NCBI GenBank assembly: GCA_030390025.1
Contig: CM059432.1
Coordinates: 24,988,001-25,052,000, forward strand
Direction of reading: 5' to 3'
Source: Squalus acanthias
Lineage: Eukaryota
Length of the DNA stretch: 64,000 nucleotides
Below the pieces are notes generated by a model. It had not been told where the DNA came from and made no database searches. It was given only the letters and a program-made list of their open reading frames with translations. The position numbers and the translations under genes are program-made. Shown in pieces: positions 24,511-37,046 of this stretch (position 1 is its first letter; the number at the start of each line of letters is the position of its first letter).

Positions 24511-27500
24511 TAAGCAAAAGACAGGAAGGAGAAAAGCAAAAGTGGAAGGCAGAGATATCAAGTGTGTAAATCAAACAGGGCCACAGTAAATAATAATTCT
24601 AAAAGGAATAGGAGTGTTCAAAAAACAAGCCTGAAGGCTTTGTGTCTCAATGCGAGGAGCATTCGCAATAAGGTGGATAAATTAGCTGCGCAAATAGATG
24701 TAAACGGATATGATATAATTGGGATTACGGAGACATGGCTCCAGGGTGATCAAGGCTGGGAATTCAACATCCAGGGGTATTCAATATTCAGGAAGGACAG
24801 GCATAAAGGAAAAGGAGGTGGGGTAGCATTGCTGGTTAAAGAGGAGATTAGCACAATAGTAAGGAAGGATACTAGCTCTGATGATGTGGAATCTGTATGG
24901 GTAGAGCTGAGAAATACCACGGGGCAGAAAACGTTAGTGGGAGTTGTATACAGACCCCCAAACGGTAATGCTGAGGTTGGGGATGGCATTAAACGGGAAA
25001 TTAGAGATGCGTGCAATAAGAGCACAGCAGTTATCATGGGTGACTTTAATCTACATATAGATTGGGCGAACCAAATTAGTAACAATACTGTGGAGGAGGA
25101 ATTCCTGGAGTGTATACAGGATGGTTTCCTGGACCAATATGTCGAGGAACCAACTAGAGATCAGGCCATCTTAGACTGGGTATTATGTAATGAGAAAGGA
25201 TTGATTAGCAATCTTGTTGTGCGAGGCCCCTTGGGGAGGAGCAATCATACTATGATAGAATTCTTCATTAAGATGGAGAGTGAAGTAGTTGACTCAGAGA
25301 CTAGGGTCCTGAATTTAAATAAAGGAAACTACGATGGTATGAGGTGTGAGTTGGCTAGGATGGATTGGGGAATGTTACTTAAAGGGTTGACGGTGGATAG
25401 GCAATGGCAAACATTTAAAGATCGCATGGATGAACTACAGAATTTGTTCATCCCTGTCTGGCATAAAAATAAAACAAAAAAGGTGGCGCAACCGTGGCTA
25501 ACAAAGGAAATTAGGGATAGCATAAGATCCAAGGAGAGGACATCTAAATTGGACAGAAAAAGCAGCAAACCTGAGGACTGGGAGCAGTTTAGGATTCAGT
25601 AAAGGAGGACAAAAGGATTAATTAAGAGGGGGAAAATAGAGTATGAGAGTAAGCTTGCAGGGAACATAAAAACTGACTGTAAAAGCTTCTATAGATATGT
25701 AAAGAGAAAAAGATTGGTGAAGTCAAGCGTAGGTCCCTTGCAGTCAGAATCAGGGGAATTTATAATGGGGAACAAAGAAATGGCTGACCAATTAAATACA
25801 TACTTTGGTTCTGTCTTCACAATGGAGGACACAAATAACCTCCCAGAGATGTCGCGGAACATAGGATCTAATGAGAGGGAGGAACTGAATGAAATCAGTA
25901 TTTGTTGGGAAATGGTGTTCGGGAAATTGACGGGATTGAAGGCCGATAAATCCCCAGGGCCTGATAATCTACATCCTAGGGTACTTAAGGAAGTGGCCCT
26001 AGAAACAGTAGATGCATTGCTGGTCATCTTCCAAAATTCTATAGACTCTGGAACAGTTCCCATGGATTGGAGGATAGCTAATGTAACCCCACTATTTAAA
26101 AAAGGTGGTAGAGAGAAAACGGGGAATTATAGATTGGTAAGCCTGACATCGGTAGAGGGGAAAATGCTAGAGTCCATTATAAAAGATGTAATAGCAGAGC
26201 ACTTGGAAAACAGTGACAGGATCGGACAAAGTCAACATGGATTTACAAAAGGTAAATAGTGCTTGACTAATCTACTGGAATTTTTTGAGGATGTAACTGG
26301 TAGAATAGATAAGGGAGAACCAGTGGATGTGGTGTATTTGGACTTTCAGAAGGCTTTCGATAAGGTCCCGCATAAGAGATTAGCATGTAAAGTTAAAGCA
26401 CATGGGATTGGGGGTAAGGTACTGACTTGGATAGAGAACTGGTTGGCAGACAGGAAGCAAAGAGTTGGAATAAACGGGTCTTTTTCCGAGTGGCAGGCAG
26501 TGACTAGTGGGGTACCGCAGGGATCAGTGCTAGTACCCCAGCTATTCACTATATATATATTAATGATCTAGACGAGGGAACTAGATGTAATATCTCCAAG
26601 TTTGCAGACGACACAAAGCTGGGTGGGCGTGTGTGCTGTGAGGAGGATGCTGAGAAACTCCAGTATGATTTGGACAGGTTGGGTGATTGGGCAGATGCAT
26701 GGCAGATGCAGTATAATGTGGATAAATGCGAGGTTATCCACTTTGGTGGCAAACACAGGATGGCAGATTATTATCTGAACGGCAATAGATTGGGAAAAGG
26801 GGAAGTGCAACGAGACCTGGGTGTCCTTCTGCACCAGTCGCTGAAGGTAAGCATGCAGGTGCAGCAGGCAGTTAAGAAGGCAAATGGTATGTTGGCCTTC
26901 ATAGCGAGAGGATTCGAGTACAGGAGCAAGGATGTCTTGCTACATTTGTATAGGGCCTTGGTGAGACCACACCTTGAGTATTGTGTGCAGTTTTGGTCGC
27001 CTTATCTGAGGAAGGATGTTCTTGCCATGTAGAGAGTGCAGCGAAGATTCACCAGACTGATACCTGGGATGGCAGGAATAATGTATGTGGAGAGATTGGG
27101 TCGATTGAGCTTATATTCGCTTGAGTTTAGAAGAATGAAAGGGGATCTCATTGAAACTTATAAAATTCTAGCAGGACTAGACAGACTAGATGCAGGAAGG
27201 ATGTTCCCGATTGTGGGGCAGTCCAGAACCAGGTGTCACAGTCTAAACATAAGGGGTAAGCCATTTAGGACTGAGATGAGGAGGAATTTCTTCACCCAGA
27301 GAGTGGTGAACCTGTGGAATTCTCTACCACAAAAGGCAGTTGAGGCCAATTCATTAAATATATTCAAGAAGGAGTTAGATATATTTCTTAAGGCTAAAGG
27401 GATCAAGGGATAGGGGAGAAAGCAGGGACAGGGTACTGAATTTGGATGATTAGCCATGATCTCATTAAATGGTGGAGCAGGCTCGAGGTGCCGAATGGCC

Positions 27501-27552
27501 TACTCCTGCTCCTATCTTCTATGTTCTATGTTTCTATGTCTATGTTTCTATG
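24511..27552 (+). mobile_element. CR1 LINE (HER1-like), complete ORF2 region and 3'UTR, 5'-truncated
   Basis: APE and RT coding region; 3'UTR gccatgatctc..gaatggcctactcctgctcct; (tttctatg)n tail. Confidence 0.95.
24562..27438 (+). pseudogene. CR1 ORF2 (apurinic endonuclease and reverse transcriptase), disrupted
   Basis: Motifs LNARS, GITETWL, VYRPP, MGDFN, QHGF, YLDFQKAFDKVPH, GVPQGSVL, FADD (26601); stops at 25600, 26257, 27030, 27411; +2 frameshift near 26555. Confidence 0.95.
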
Positions 27553-28190
27553 TCCTGCCTCTCCAATCATGAACATCCAAATTCTGCCTCTCCATAAAGA
27601 ATACTCAAGAACACAATGTCTCCTTCAAGAATACTTAGATCTTCTATTTCTCCATCAGGAACACTAAGACCCCAATCCTTCATCAGGAACACTTAGACCC
27701 CTATCCTCCATCAGGAACACTTAGACCCCTATCCTCCATCAGGAACACTCAGACCCCTATCCTCCATCAGGAACACTCAGACTCTCTAACTCTCCATCAA
27801 CACCCAGACGTCCTACCTCTTCATCAAGAACAGCCAGATCTCCTGACTCTCCATTCAAGAACAGCTAGATGTCTTGCTGTCCATAAAGAACACCCAAACC
27901 TCCTGCCTATCTATCAAGAACACCTAGTGCTCCAGCCTCTCCATTAAGAACATGCAAATGGCTTGCCTCTCCATCAAGGATAACTAGATCCTCAAACTCT
28001 ACAATTAAGAACATCCAAACCTCGTGCCTCTCCGTCAAGAATACTCAGACTCCTTATGCCTCCATCAAGAACACTCAGATCTTCTGCCTCTCCATCAACA
28101 ACATTCAGATCTTCTGGCTCTCCAACAAGAACACGGGGATGTCCTGCTTGTCTGTTAAGAGCATCCAGACCTCCTGTCTTCTAGCAAGAA
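27553..28190. repeat. Minisatellite, unit about 28-31 bp, about 20 copies
   Basis: Unit ctctccatcaagaacacycagacctcctgc; near-perfect 28-bp sub-array at 27651-27790; further units 5' of the CR1 at 24450-24510. Confidence 0.9.
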
Positions 28191-29194
28191 TTCTGAGAGC
28201 TACTGATTGCTTAACAAAGTTTTAGAGGCAGGACTCTTTTCCAGTTCTAAATAATTTGCAATGGCAGTAATATAAAGACCCATCGTCGGAACCTTTTTTA
28301 ATAAAGTTCTTCTAGATTCAATGAGTTTCCCTTTGACAAAAAAAATTGTATTCAGAAAGAAATAAGTTTCTCAGACCTAATTAACTACAAAAGCGATTTA
28401 GTTGAGGCTGATTGAAAATATATGACGCTTAGGAATCCAATCAAGCTTGGAATTGAAATAAACTACATTGAATCTTTAATTATTGTAAGCTAACTAGTAG
28501 ATAAGATGGATAACGCTTTGGTTTGAATGTTTAATTTTGGCTCTGAGCTATTCGCAGTATTAATTTATCCAGTGCCTTCACACAGCTTAATTATTGTATT
28601 TTGCCTGCACTCAGTGTGTTATTTTGCCAGCTATTTATTAAGGTATTTGGTGTCTAAACTCAAAAAGTAATACTTGAAACTTCAAATTATAGAGTAAATC
28701 TATTGTTTGGATTCATTTCACATACTCCAAGACCTTTTTTTAAAATTAATTAAACTGCAAAAATGATTTATCATTTTTATTTATAGTAAGAGTAGAGGAT
28801 TATGATAATATGTTTAAAAAAAGTCTCATTAAAACAACCTCATACGTAATTAAATCAAGCACAATGTGAGTCCTCTTCAATTACCATGCTCCAACAGCAC
28901 TGCAATAAAGTATTTATAGATGAAACAGGCTTTCTGTTGGGTCGTTTCATTGTTGTTTAATTGGCAGCCCATTAAAAAGACAGGTGATGGAGTTCCTTTC
29001 TACCGGCTGTGCTCACACTCTATTTAATTAAAAGCGAGAGAGGGAAAAAAGAGCAACAGCTATCACCCAATTATGAATTATTTTCTTATGCATTTCAATT
29101 AGGATACACTCCACCTTCATGGTAAGACAGCTAATCAAGCACTAAGACACATCATAAACATCGAAGAAATAGTTGGATACTATGATGGGAGGAC

Positions 29195-29410
29195 TGAAGG
29201 TTCCTTATGGACGCTGGAAATCTGGCAATCTCTCTCAGCAAAGACTGCGGATGTTGGGCCAATTGAAATTTTCAAGATCGATAGAATTTTGTTAGGTAAG
29301 GATATGGAGCAAAGGCAGGTAAATGGAGTTCGGGTGCAGGTCAGCCATGATCTAATGCGATGGCAGTGCAAGCTCAAGGGGCTGAATGGTCTACTCCTGA
29401 TCCTATGGTG
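29195..29410 (+). mobile_element. CR1 3' end
   Basis: tggaaatctgg..aaggatatggagcaaaggcagg..gctgaatggtctactcctgatcctatg. Confidence 0.8.
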
Positions 29411-29745
29411 AGCGGGGATAGGCCGACTGGCCTTCCTTATCTTTTTCTATCTTGTAATATTGTCTGCATTTGACTACAAGCCATTTAAAATTAGCAAAGA
29501 CTTTTGGTGATGCTACATTTGACACTATAGTTTTGCCGTACCGACATTCATTGAGGAATTCAGACACGACGAACAAATATGATTCTGGATTTAGGAATCA
29601 CATTTAAGATATATACAGAGCTAAACTTGCTCTTGTTTGGAAAAAAGAAAAATGAGGGAATGACATGAACCAAATCTTTAATATGTTGAGTGGCTTAGAT
29701 AATGATATACAATTCAAAAAATAAATATAATAGAGAAACTTATTT

Positions 29746-30135
29746 ACAACAACAACTTGTATTTATATAGCGCCTTTAACGTAATAAAATGTCACAAGGC
29801 GCTGCACAGGTGTATTATAAGACAAAAAATTTGACACCAAGCCACATAAGGAGAAATTAGGGCAGGTGACCAAAAGCTTGGTCAAAGAGGTAGGTTTGAA
29901 GGAGCGTCTTAAAGGAGGAAAGAGAGGTAGCGAGGCGGAGAGGCTTAGGCAGGGAATTCCAGAGCTTAGGGCCTAGGCAACAGAAGGCACAGCCACCAAT
30001 GGTTGAGCAATTATAATCAGGGATGCTCAAGAGGGCAGAATTAGAGGAGCGCAGATATCTCGGGGGGTTGTGGGGCTGAAGGAGATTACAGAGATAGGGA
30101 GGGGCGAGGCCATGGAGGGATTTGAAAACAAGGAA
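29746..30135 (-). mobile_element. L2 LINE 3' end
   Basis: (AAC)n tail then ttgtatttatatagcgcctttaacg; reverse complement of 55695-56095. Confidence 0.9.
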
Positions 30136-30365
30136 AACAAATATTTACACAAAGATTGGTTAAAACATGGAACTTGCTATGACATGGAGTAGTTGAGGTG
30201 AATAGCATAGATGTGCTTAAGGGGAAGCTAAAGAAGTACATGAGGGAGAAAGGAATGGAAGGTTATGCTGATAGGGGAGGTAGCTCTTGTGGAGCACAAA
30301 CACCGGCATAGACCAACTGGGCCAAATGGCCTGTTTCGGTGCTGTAAATTCTATGTATTTTATGT
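30135..30365 (+). mobile_element. CR1 3' end (second family)
   Basis: ggagtagttgagg..gggccaaatggcctgtttcggtgctgtaaattctatg. Confidence 0.75.
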
Positions 30366-31019
30366 AATAATTTGGAAATGTGAAGGTTACTTAACTTAGA
30401 TTGTGAAAAGCCCACTTACAAAATTAACAAGCCTCAAGTGAGACTAGAGATTAGGAGAAATATTTTTACAGAATTATGAAATAACTTCACAGCAGAAGTA
30501 TTTAATGCTATATCAATTAATACTTTAAAAAATAGGCAGATAAATGTGGTAGGAAATACAATTAAACGTTATGGGGATAAGTATATAGTATGATGGTCAT
30601 AAAATTCCATTAAACACGATGTGCGATGGGCTCCAAGGAAAGGTCTTCTATTGAAATTGACTAACCAAGATAGAGGTCATGAGGTTGAATCGGTATTTAT
30701 GAATTTGGCTTAATTACCTTAGAGGATCAGGGAGGATTTTGCCAAATTTTCTCGTGAGATGGAACGAGTTGGATAGACTCCACGATTGGATAGATTGCGC
30801 ATAGTCTGTGGAAAAAGTGGGCTCGATGATGCAAATAATCTTTTCTTCACTCAATACTTTCTCATGTTCATTTAAAAAAAATATTTAGTTCTAAATTATG
30901 AATTTTGTTCTTTAAAGTTCCTTCATTTTCTCTTTTCTAAAGATATTTTCCCTCATTTCTTTTTCTTCATGTCATGTGTTTCATCTGAGAATGGGGAGGA
31001 AGTGACATGCTCTCAGACT

Positions 31020-31372
31020 TTTCGATTAGGCACTTTACAGCCTTCTGGACTCAACATTGAGTTCAACAATTTCAGACTATAACCCCTGCCCCCATTTTTT
31101 CAGGCGGCAGCTGTTGATGATTCTGCCATCCCCATTTGCAACATTTAATCTCTCCTGCCTTCCACCCTATCACAGACCGTCCCTTTAGTTCCTTCCTCCC
31201 CTCACCCCCCTCCCTTTCCCTGCCTATGCACCTACTTAAAACCTGTTACATCCCTAACTTTTTCCAGTTCTGATGAAGGGTCACAGACCTGAAACGTTAA
31301 CTCTGTTTCTCTCTCCACAGATGCTGCCTGGCCTGCCGAGTGTTTCCAGCATTTTGTGTTGTTATTTTAAAT
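31020..31372 (+). mobile_element. Penelope-like element 3' fragment (GIY-YIG C-terminus and pseudo-LTR)
   Basis: 31020-31082 encodes FRLGTLQPSGLNIEFNNFRL*; followed by a hammerhead core and ccacagatgctgcc..ttccagcatttt. Confidence 0.8.
31266..31302 (+). ncRNA. Minimal type I hammerhead ribozyme (PLE-associated)
   Basis: AGUU-CUGAUGA-(AGGGUC aca GACCU)-GAAA-CGUU-AACU: intact core, stem II, palindromic stem III, stem I AGUU/AACU. Confidence 0.7.
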
Positions 31373-31384
31373 TAGTTGGAGGCT

Positions 31385-31750
31385 GGTTGGTGGGTGTGCT
31401 AACTGCTGACCTTTCACTTCTGGAGCCCAAATCATAGTCTCCTTTGTTGGGTCTTATACCAAATGAGTTTTGGCAGTCAAACTCCTGTTCCTAGTCAGCA
31501 TATGTCCAAAGCACAAAACTGCTAGTAATTGGCAATCTCAGATGTCATAAGCTGGCTGGTATGGGAAATAGAAAAGAAAGTATAGTGAAAAATGCTTTTC
31601 TGAGGTTGAGATCGAGGCACAATGTTGCAGTAATGTGAGAGCAGCAGAAACATTACTCCACATCTATCCATGTCATACCTGACCAGAAGTACTGGATGTT
31701 GGCGCTGGCTGTCTGAAATTGAAGCATTCTGTCTCCTCGCACTAACATCC
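31385..31750 (+). mobile_element. LF-SINE-like element
   Basis: gacctttcacttct head; aaatgagttttggcagtc..gttcctagt..gtccaaagcacaaaac..taattggcaatctcag..gaggcaca..catacctg. Confidence 0.55.
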
Positions 31751-32111
31751 CTCATCTTGAAGAACACAAAAAAGTTTAAAGAAACAAATAAATAATAGTT
31801 AATACAGACTTTCCAGCTAGCAAAATTTTAAACTTTGTTCCTAATATTTGATCATACTTGTGCCCTGCCAGTTCTGTCCTCAGTTTTGCAATTCCAGGTT
31901 AAGTAAAATAGACACTTCTCTCTGTTAATCCATCCTCTATCAAGCAGGATTGGAAATTAAAGCTGCACAGGTCAAAACCAGATTGAACCAGTCTCAGCTG
32001 TTGCGAGCAGTAAAGGACTAATTAATGAAGCTCGTTGAGAAAAGGGAATAGGTTATCTCCATACTTTGCAGTGCTATGTCCCTGAGGGTGCAGCAGCTCA
32101 CTGTGTACATT

Positions 32112-32570
32112 TAGAAACATAGAAAGGAGTAGGCCATTCAGCCCCTCGAGTCTGCTCTGCCATTCAATTAGATCATGGCTGATCTGGACCTCAACCCCAT
32201 TTACCCGCCTTAGCTCCATATCCCTTGATACTTTTGGCAAACAAACAGCTATTGATCTCAGTCTTGAAAGCTTCAATTATGCAATCATCCACAGCCTTTT
32301 GGGGGAGAGAATTCTAGATTTCTACTAGCCTTTGTATGGAAAAAGTACAACCTAATTCCCCTCCTAAATGGCCTAGCTCTAATTTTAAGGTTATGTCCCC
32401 TCATTCTTGAATCCTCCATCAGAGGAATTAATTTCTCTATCTACCCTATCATATCCTTTTAATATTTTATGCACTGGATCAGATCACTTCTCAATCACCT
32501 ATACTCCTATAATCAAGGGAATACAAACTATGCAACCTGTCCTCATAATTTAACCTTCTAAGTCCCTCAT
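32112..32570 (-). mobile_element. CR1 3' end
   Basis: tagaaacatagaaaggagtaggccattcagcccctcgag (rc of the 3'UTR). Confidence 0.85.
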
Positions 32571-32927
32571 GCTTTCCTTTCCCCAACAGTAGTTAGGGAC
32601 ACTTACTTTGGCATTCCTCCTGAAACCAGTAAACATCTTTCTCATTGAAAACTTTCCAGGCTATTGCAATTAATGTTTGCAATTCCCTTCAGAGTTGATC
32701 TTCAGGGCCACAAGATGCTCAAAGATGTGCCACTTGCCACAATATCCATTGGTTTGCCACCATTCACATGATTTTTATCTTCTCGGCATTGATTTAAGGA
32801 GTTTCTCCTCATTCCTCTTTACATTCATCAGTAGCTGTTGAGTTCTTGCTTCAAATGTATCATCAGCAACTCCGAGATTATGAAGATCGTTTGGGGAGGA
32901 TGAATGCCTGTAATGGAGTCTTCTACT

Positions 32928-33648
32928 TCAACAATAACAACATGCATTTACATAGCGCCTTTAATGTAGTAAAATGTTCCAAGGCGTTTCACAGGAGAGT
33001 AAGCCGATGAAAATTTAGACTGAGCCAAAGATGGTGACATTAGGACAGGTGAGGTCACAGAGATAGGTTTTAAGGAGCATCTTAAAAGAGGAGCGAGGTG
33101 GAGAGGTGGAACAATTTAGGGATGGAATTCCATGGCTTAGGGCCAAGACAGCTGAAGCCACAACCACCAATGATGGGGCGGAAAAAGTGGGAAATTCACA
33201 AGAGGTTAGAATTGGAGGAACACAGAGATCTCAGAGGGTTGTAGGGCTGGACGATGACACAGAAACGGGGCAAGGCCAGGTTGAAAAGGATGAGGAGGGA
33301 TAATACACCATGGTCAAAGTCACAGAGGATGTAATTTGTGACTTTGATTAGGGTCATTTTAGTGCTGTGGCAGGGTCAGAAACCTGATTGGAGAAGTTCG
33401 AACATGGAGTTACAGGAAAGATGGGTTTGGATTTTGGAGGCAGCAATACATTCAAGGACTTTGGTGAGTAAAGGGAGGTTGGAGATGGGGCAGTAGTTTG
33501 CAAGGACAGAGGGGTCGAAAGTAGGTTTTTTGAGGAGCAGGGTGATGACAGCAGATTTGAACTTGAGAGGAACAGTACCTAAGGAGAGGGAACCATTTAC
33601 AATGTCAGCTAGCATGGGGACCAGAAAGGAAAGTTGGTTGGTCAGCAT
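32928..33648 (-). mobile_element. L2 LINE fragments (3' end plus RT piece)
   Basis: (AAC)n tail; minus-strand ORF IVNGSLSLGTVPLKFKSAVITLLLKKPTFDPSVLANYCPISNLP..QSGF. Confidence 0.85.
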
Positions 33649-33864
33649 TTCCATCCATTTATATAATTGGATAGAAAGTCAGACAGGCTCCATTACAATC
33701 ATGCAAGATTTTACAAATGAGTAAAATCTGAACTTCTGGATCTTCATCCATTGTTTATTTTTGCTTCTGGCTCCTTCACATCCCTTTAGTGGTTTCTACA
33801 GAGGTTAAGATGCGATAAGATATGCATTGTTTCCTGTCTCAAACTGGCCCATTTATTTAAGATT

Positions 33865-35575
33865 GAGACCATCCATTCAGCTGCCTCTGCTGCTTTCCTA
33901 CCTTCCCCTAGCCCACCAGGCCAGACTTCCTCTAAGGTTCCCCCTGCCCTAGCCCTGAACTAATTTTTCTTTCGCTTTTCTCCTGTCTCCCCTCATGCCC
34001 TCTCTGAGCTCATCATGTCCATGGGACCCACCTCCTGCTCTGTCGACCCTATTCCCACTAAACTGCTGACCGTCCAATTTTCCTTCCTGGCCACCATGCT
34101 AGCTGATATTGTTAACAGTTCTCTCTCCTCAGGTACTGTCCTCTACTTCTTCAAATCTGCCGTCATCACCCCTCTCCTCAAAAAACAACTCTTGACCCCT
34201 CCGTCCTTGCAAACTACCGCCCCATCTCCAACCTCCCTTTCCTCTCCAAAGTCCTTGAACGTATTGTCGCCTCCCAAATCCGTGCCCATCTTTCCTGGAA
34301 CTCCATGTTTGAATCCCTCCAATCAGGTTTCCACCCTTGCCACAGTACTGAAACAGCTATTATCAAAGTTACCAGCCTTTGACATGGTTGATCACACCAT
34401 CCTCCTCCAACGCATCTCCATCGTCATCCAGCTGGGTGGGACTGCACTCGCCTGGTTTGATTCTTATCTATCCAGAGAATCACCTGCAATGGCTTCTCTT
34501 CCCACTCTTGCACTGTTACCTCTGGTGTCCCCCAAAGATCTATCCTTGGCCCCCTCTTATTTCTCATTTACATGCTGCCCCTCGACGACATCATCTGAAA
34601 ACACAGCGTCAATTTCCACCAACGACAATGACACCCAGCTCTACCTCAATACCACCTCTCTCGACCCCTCCATAGTCTCTGATTTGTCATGTTGCTTGTC
34701 TGACATCCAGTATTGGATGAGCAGGAATTTCCTCCAACTAAATATTGGGAAGACCGAAGCCATTGTCTTCGGTCCCTGCTACAAACTCCGTTCCCTAGCC
34801 ATTGACTCCATTGCTCTCCCTGCCAGCTGTCTGAGGCTGAACCAGAATGTTTGCAACCTGGTGTTATATTTGACCCCGAGATGAACTTCCAACCACATAT
34901 CCACACCATCACTAAGACCGCCTATTTCCACCTCCGTAACATCGTCCAACTACGCCCCGCCTCAGCTCATCTGCTGCTGAAACCCTCATCCATGGCTTTG
35001 TTACCTCTAACTTGACTATTCCAATGCACTCCTGGGTAGCCTCCCCCTTTTTACCCTTCGTAAACTTGAGGTCATCCAAAACTCTGCTGCCCGTGTCCTA
35101 ACTCGCATCAAGTCCCGTTCACACACCACCCCTGTGCTCGCTCACCTAGAATGGCTCCCGGTTTAGCAACGCCTCGATTTTAAAATTCTCATCCTTATTT
35201 TCAAATCCCTCCATGGCCTCGCCCCTCCCTATCTCTGTAATCTCCTCCAGCCATACAATCTTCCGAGATATCTGCGCTCCTCCAATTCTGGTGTCTTGAG
35301 CATCCCCGATTTATACGCTCAACCATTGGCGGCCATGCCTTCAGCTGCCAAGGCCCTAAGCTCTGGAATTCCCTCCCTAAACCTCTCTGCCTCTCTACCT
35401 CTCTTTCCTCCTTTAAGACGCTCCTTAAATCCTGCCTCTTTGACCAAGCTTTTGTTCTAGTTTCTCCTTATGTTACTCGGTGTTGAATTTTGTTTATAAC
35501 GCTCGTGTGAAATGCCTTGGGACATTTTACTACATTAAAGACGCTATATAAATGCAAGTTGTGCTTGTTGTTATC
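33865..35575 (+). mobile_element. L2 LINE, RT region to 3' end, frameshifted
   Basis: PTSCSVDPIPT..FKSAVITPLLKK..AFDMVDHTILL..DTQLY..WMSRNFLQLNIGKTE; (GTT) tail. Confidence 0.92.
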
Positions 35576-35899
35576 GTTCAATCACTGCTCACTGAGCTTG
35601 ATACAAGCTTTTAACAAGCAACTAGAGGCTTAGAAAATTCATTAATAACAACATAAACTGTTTCACATGGTTGACCAAAACAAAAGCTGCAGCATAATTG
35701 ATAAATACTAACAATCCTCCCCATTAATAGCCATCAGATTTTTTTATTATCAGCTGGGTAATCACTATCATCGCTTTTGCCCTTACACCGGAATGAAAAT
35801 TGGCTTATTCCTTTTCGTTTAGAGTACTCCACAATTATTGTAGCAAAAGTCTTGCTCTCATAACCTATCATTCTATAATTACTAGCCTTGTACTGCAAA

Positions 35900-36250
35900 T
35901 TTCGAAACAAAAAATGCTGCTAACACTCAGCAGCTCAGGCCGCATCTGTGGCGAAAACGGACAAGTTACCGTTTCAGGTGTGGAGCCTTCGTCACAACTG
36001 GAAGATATCACCGATGAACAACATTTAAAGAAGAACCGTGGCAAGGGGAGGAATAAACTCAGCAAAATAAATAGAATGACCTGCAAAGTGCTTAAGTGTG
36101 GAACAGGAGATGATTAAATGACAGAAGTGATATTAGCATGAGACAATAGGAGGCATAATGAGAGAAGTGAAAGACATATACGAGACACAGAGCGTATAAA
36201 CAGCTTAAAGGGGTGAAGGATAGACAGGTGGAAAGGAAAGCATGAAAAAT
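35900..36250 (-). mobile_element. Penelope-like pseudo-LTR fragment with a mutated hammerhead core (35964-35999)
   Basis: Reverse complement agtt-GTGACGA-aggctccacacct-GAAA-cggt-aact..ccacagatgcggcc..ctgagtgttagcagcattttt parallels 31262-31360. Confidence 0.65.
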
Positions 36251-37046
36251 TAGCAAAGCGGCTCCAACAGCCCGCGAGCCTGGTAACACAAATTTCTGCT
36301 TCTTCCAGTCTTTCGGTGAAATACTGGATATCCTGATCTTACAACAGAGAAGACCATTTGTAACCTGTGTGATACTGTGAGTGATTGAGTGAGTGAGTGA
36401 GGAGGGGAGGAAGATGAAGAAGCAAAAGTACCATCACTAAGCTCAGGAACGCCTCCAAACTCTCCTTGTCCCTCCCCATCCTAATTCTCCTACGGCCTCT
36501 GCATCCTCTCATCTGGCCTGCAACTGTAGGCCTTCCTTGGTACACCGCAATTTCCTCCTCTTATGCAAAGTTTCTCCGGAAAGTGGGTACAAAGTGAAGA
36601 GATGCAAAAAGTCTGAAAAGGCTTAAGGAATCCAAGTTTACTTTGGTATTGCAATGGGCTGCGTGAGACCCATGCATCAGGAAGTGTGACACAAAGCCAA
36701 TGGAAAAGGAGCTTAAAAGCCCAAGATGGGAGAACTTCTCACGAGCCTTGAGAATACAAATATATTGGCCTGGAATGTCTTTGTAGCCGGCAAGTTACGC
36801 TAAAATTTACACCAAAATTTACGCCAATCTTGCCGTCAGCGATTTACACTAAAATTTCCTGATGGATTTTAAATTAATGGGTGGAACATCATTGGCTGCA
36901 ATGATTTGATCTTTAATGGTACACCTTCTTCCTACATAGCTTAAACAAAATTATCTCTTGATCCTGTCAGCAATCCCCATTCTACTGTTAAGACACATTT
37001 TAGTTATCTTCACTGACTGACCTTTATATATCTCCCAAACCTCATT

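Noticed and set aside
27553..28190. Repeat array of about 30 bp superficially resembling CRISPR
   Set aside because: Head-to-tail degenerate units without unique spacers, no cas genes, vertebrate context.
34015..34884. 289-aa ORF as an intact gene
   Set aside because: L2 RT fossil drifting in and out of the true frame; the YADD motif is destroyed.
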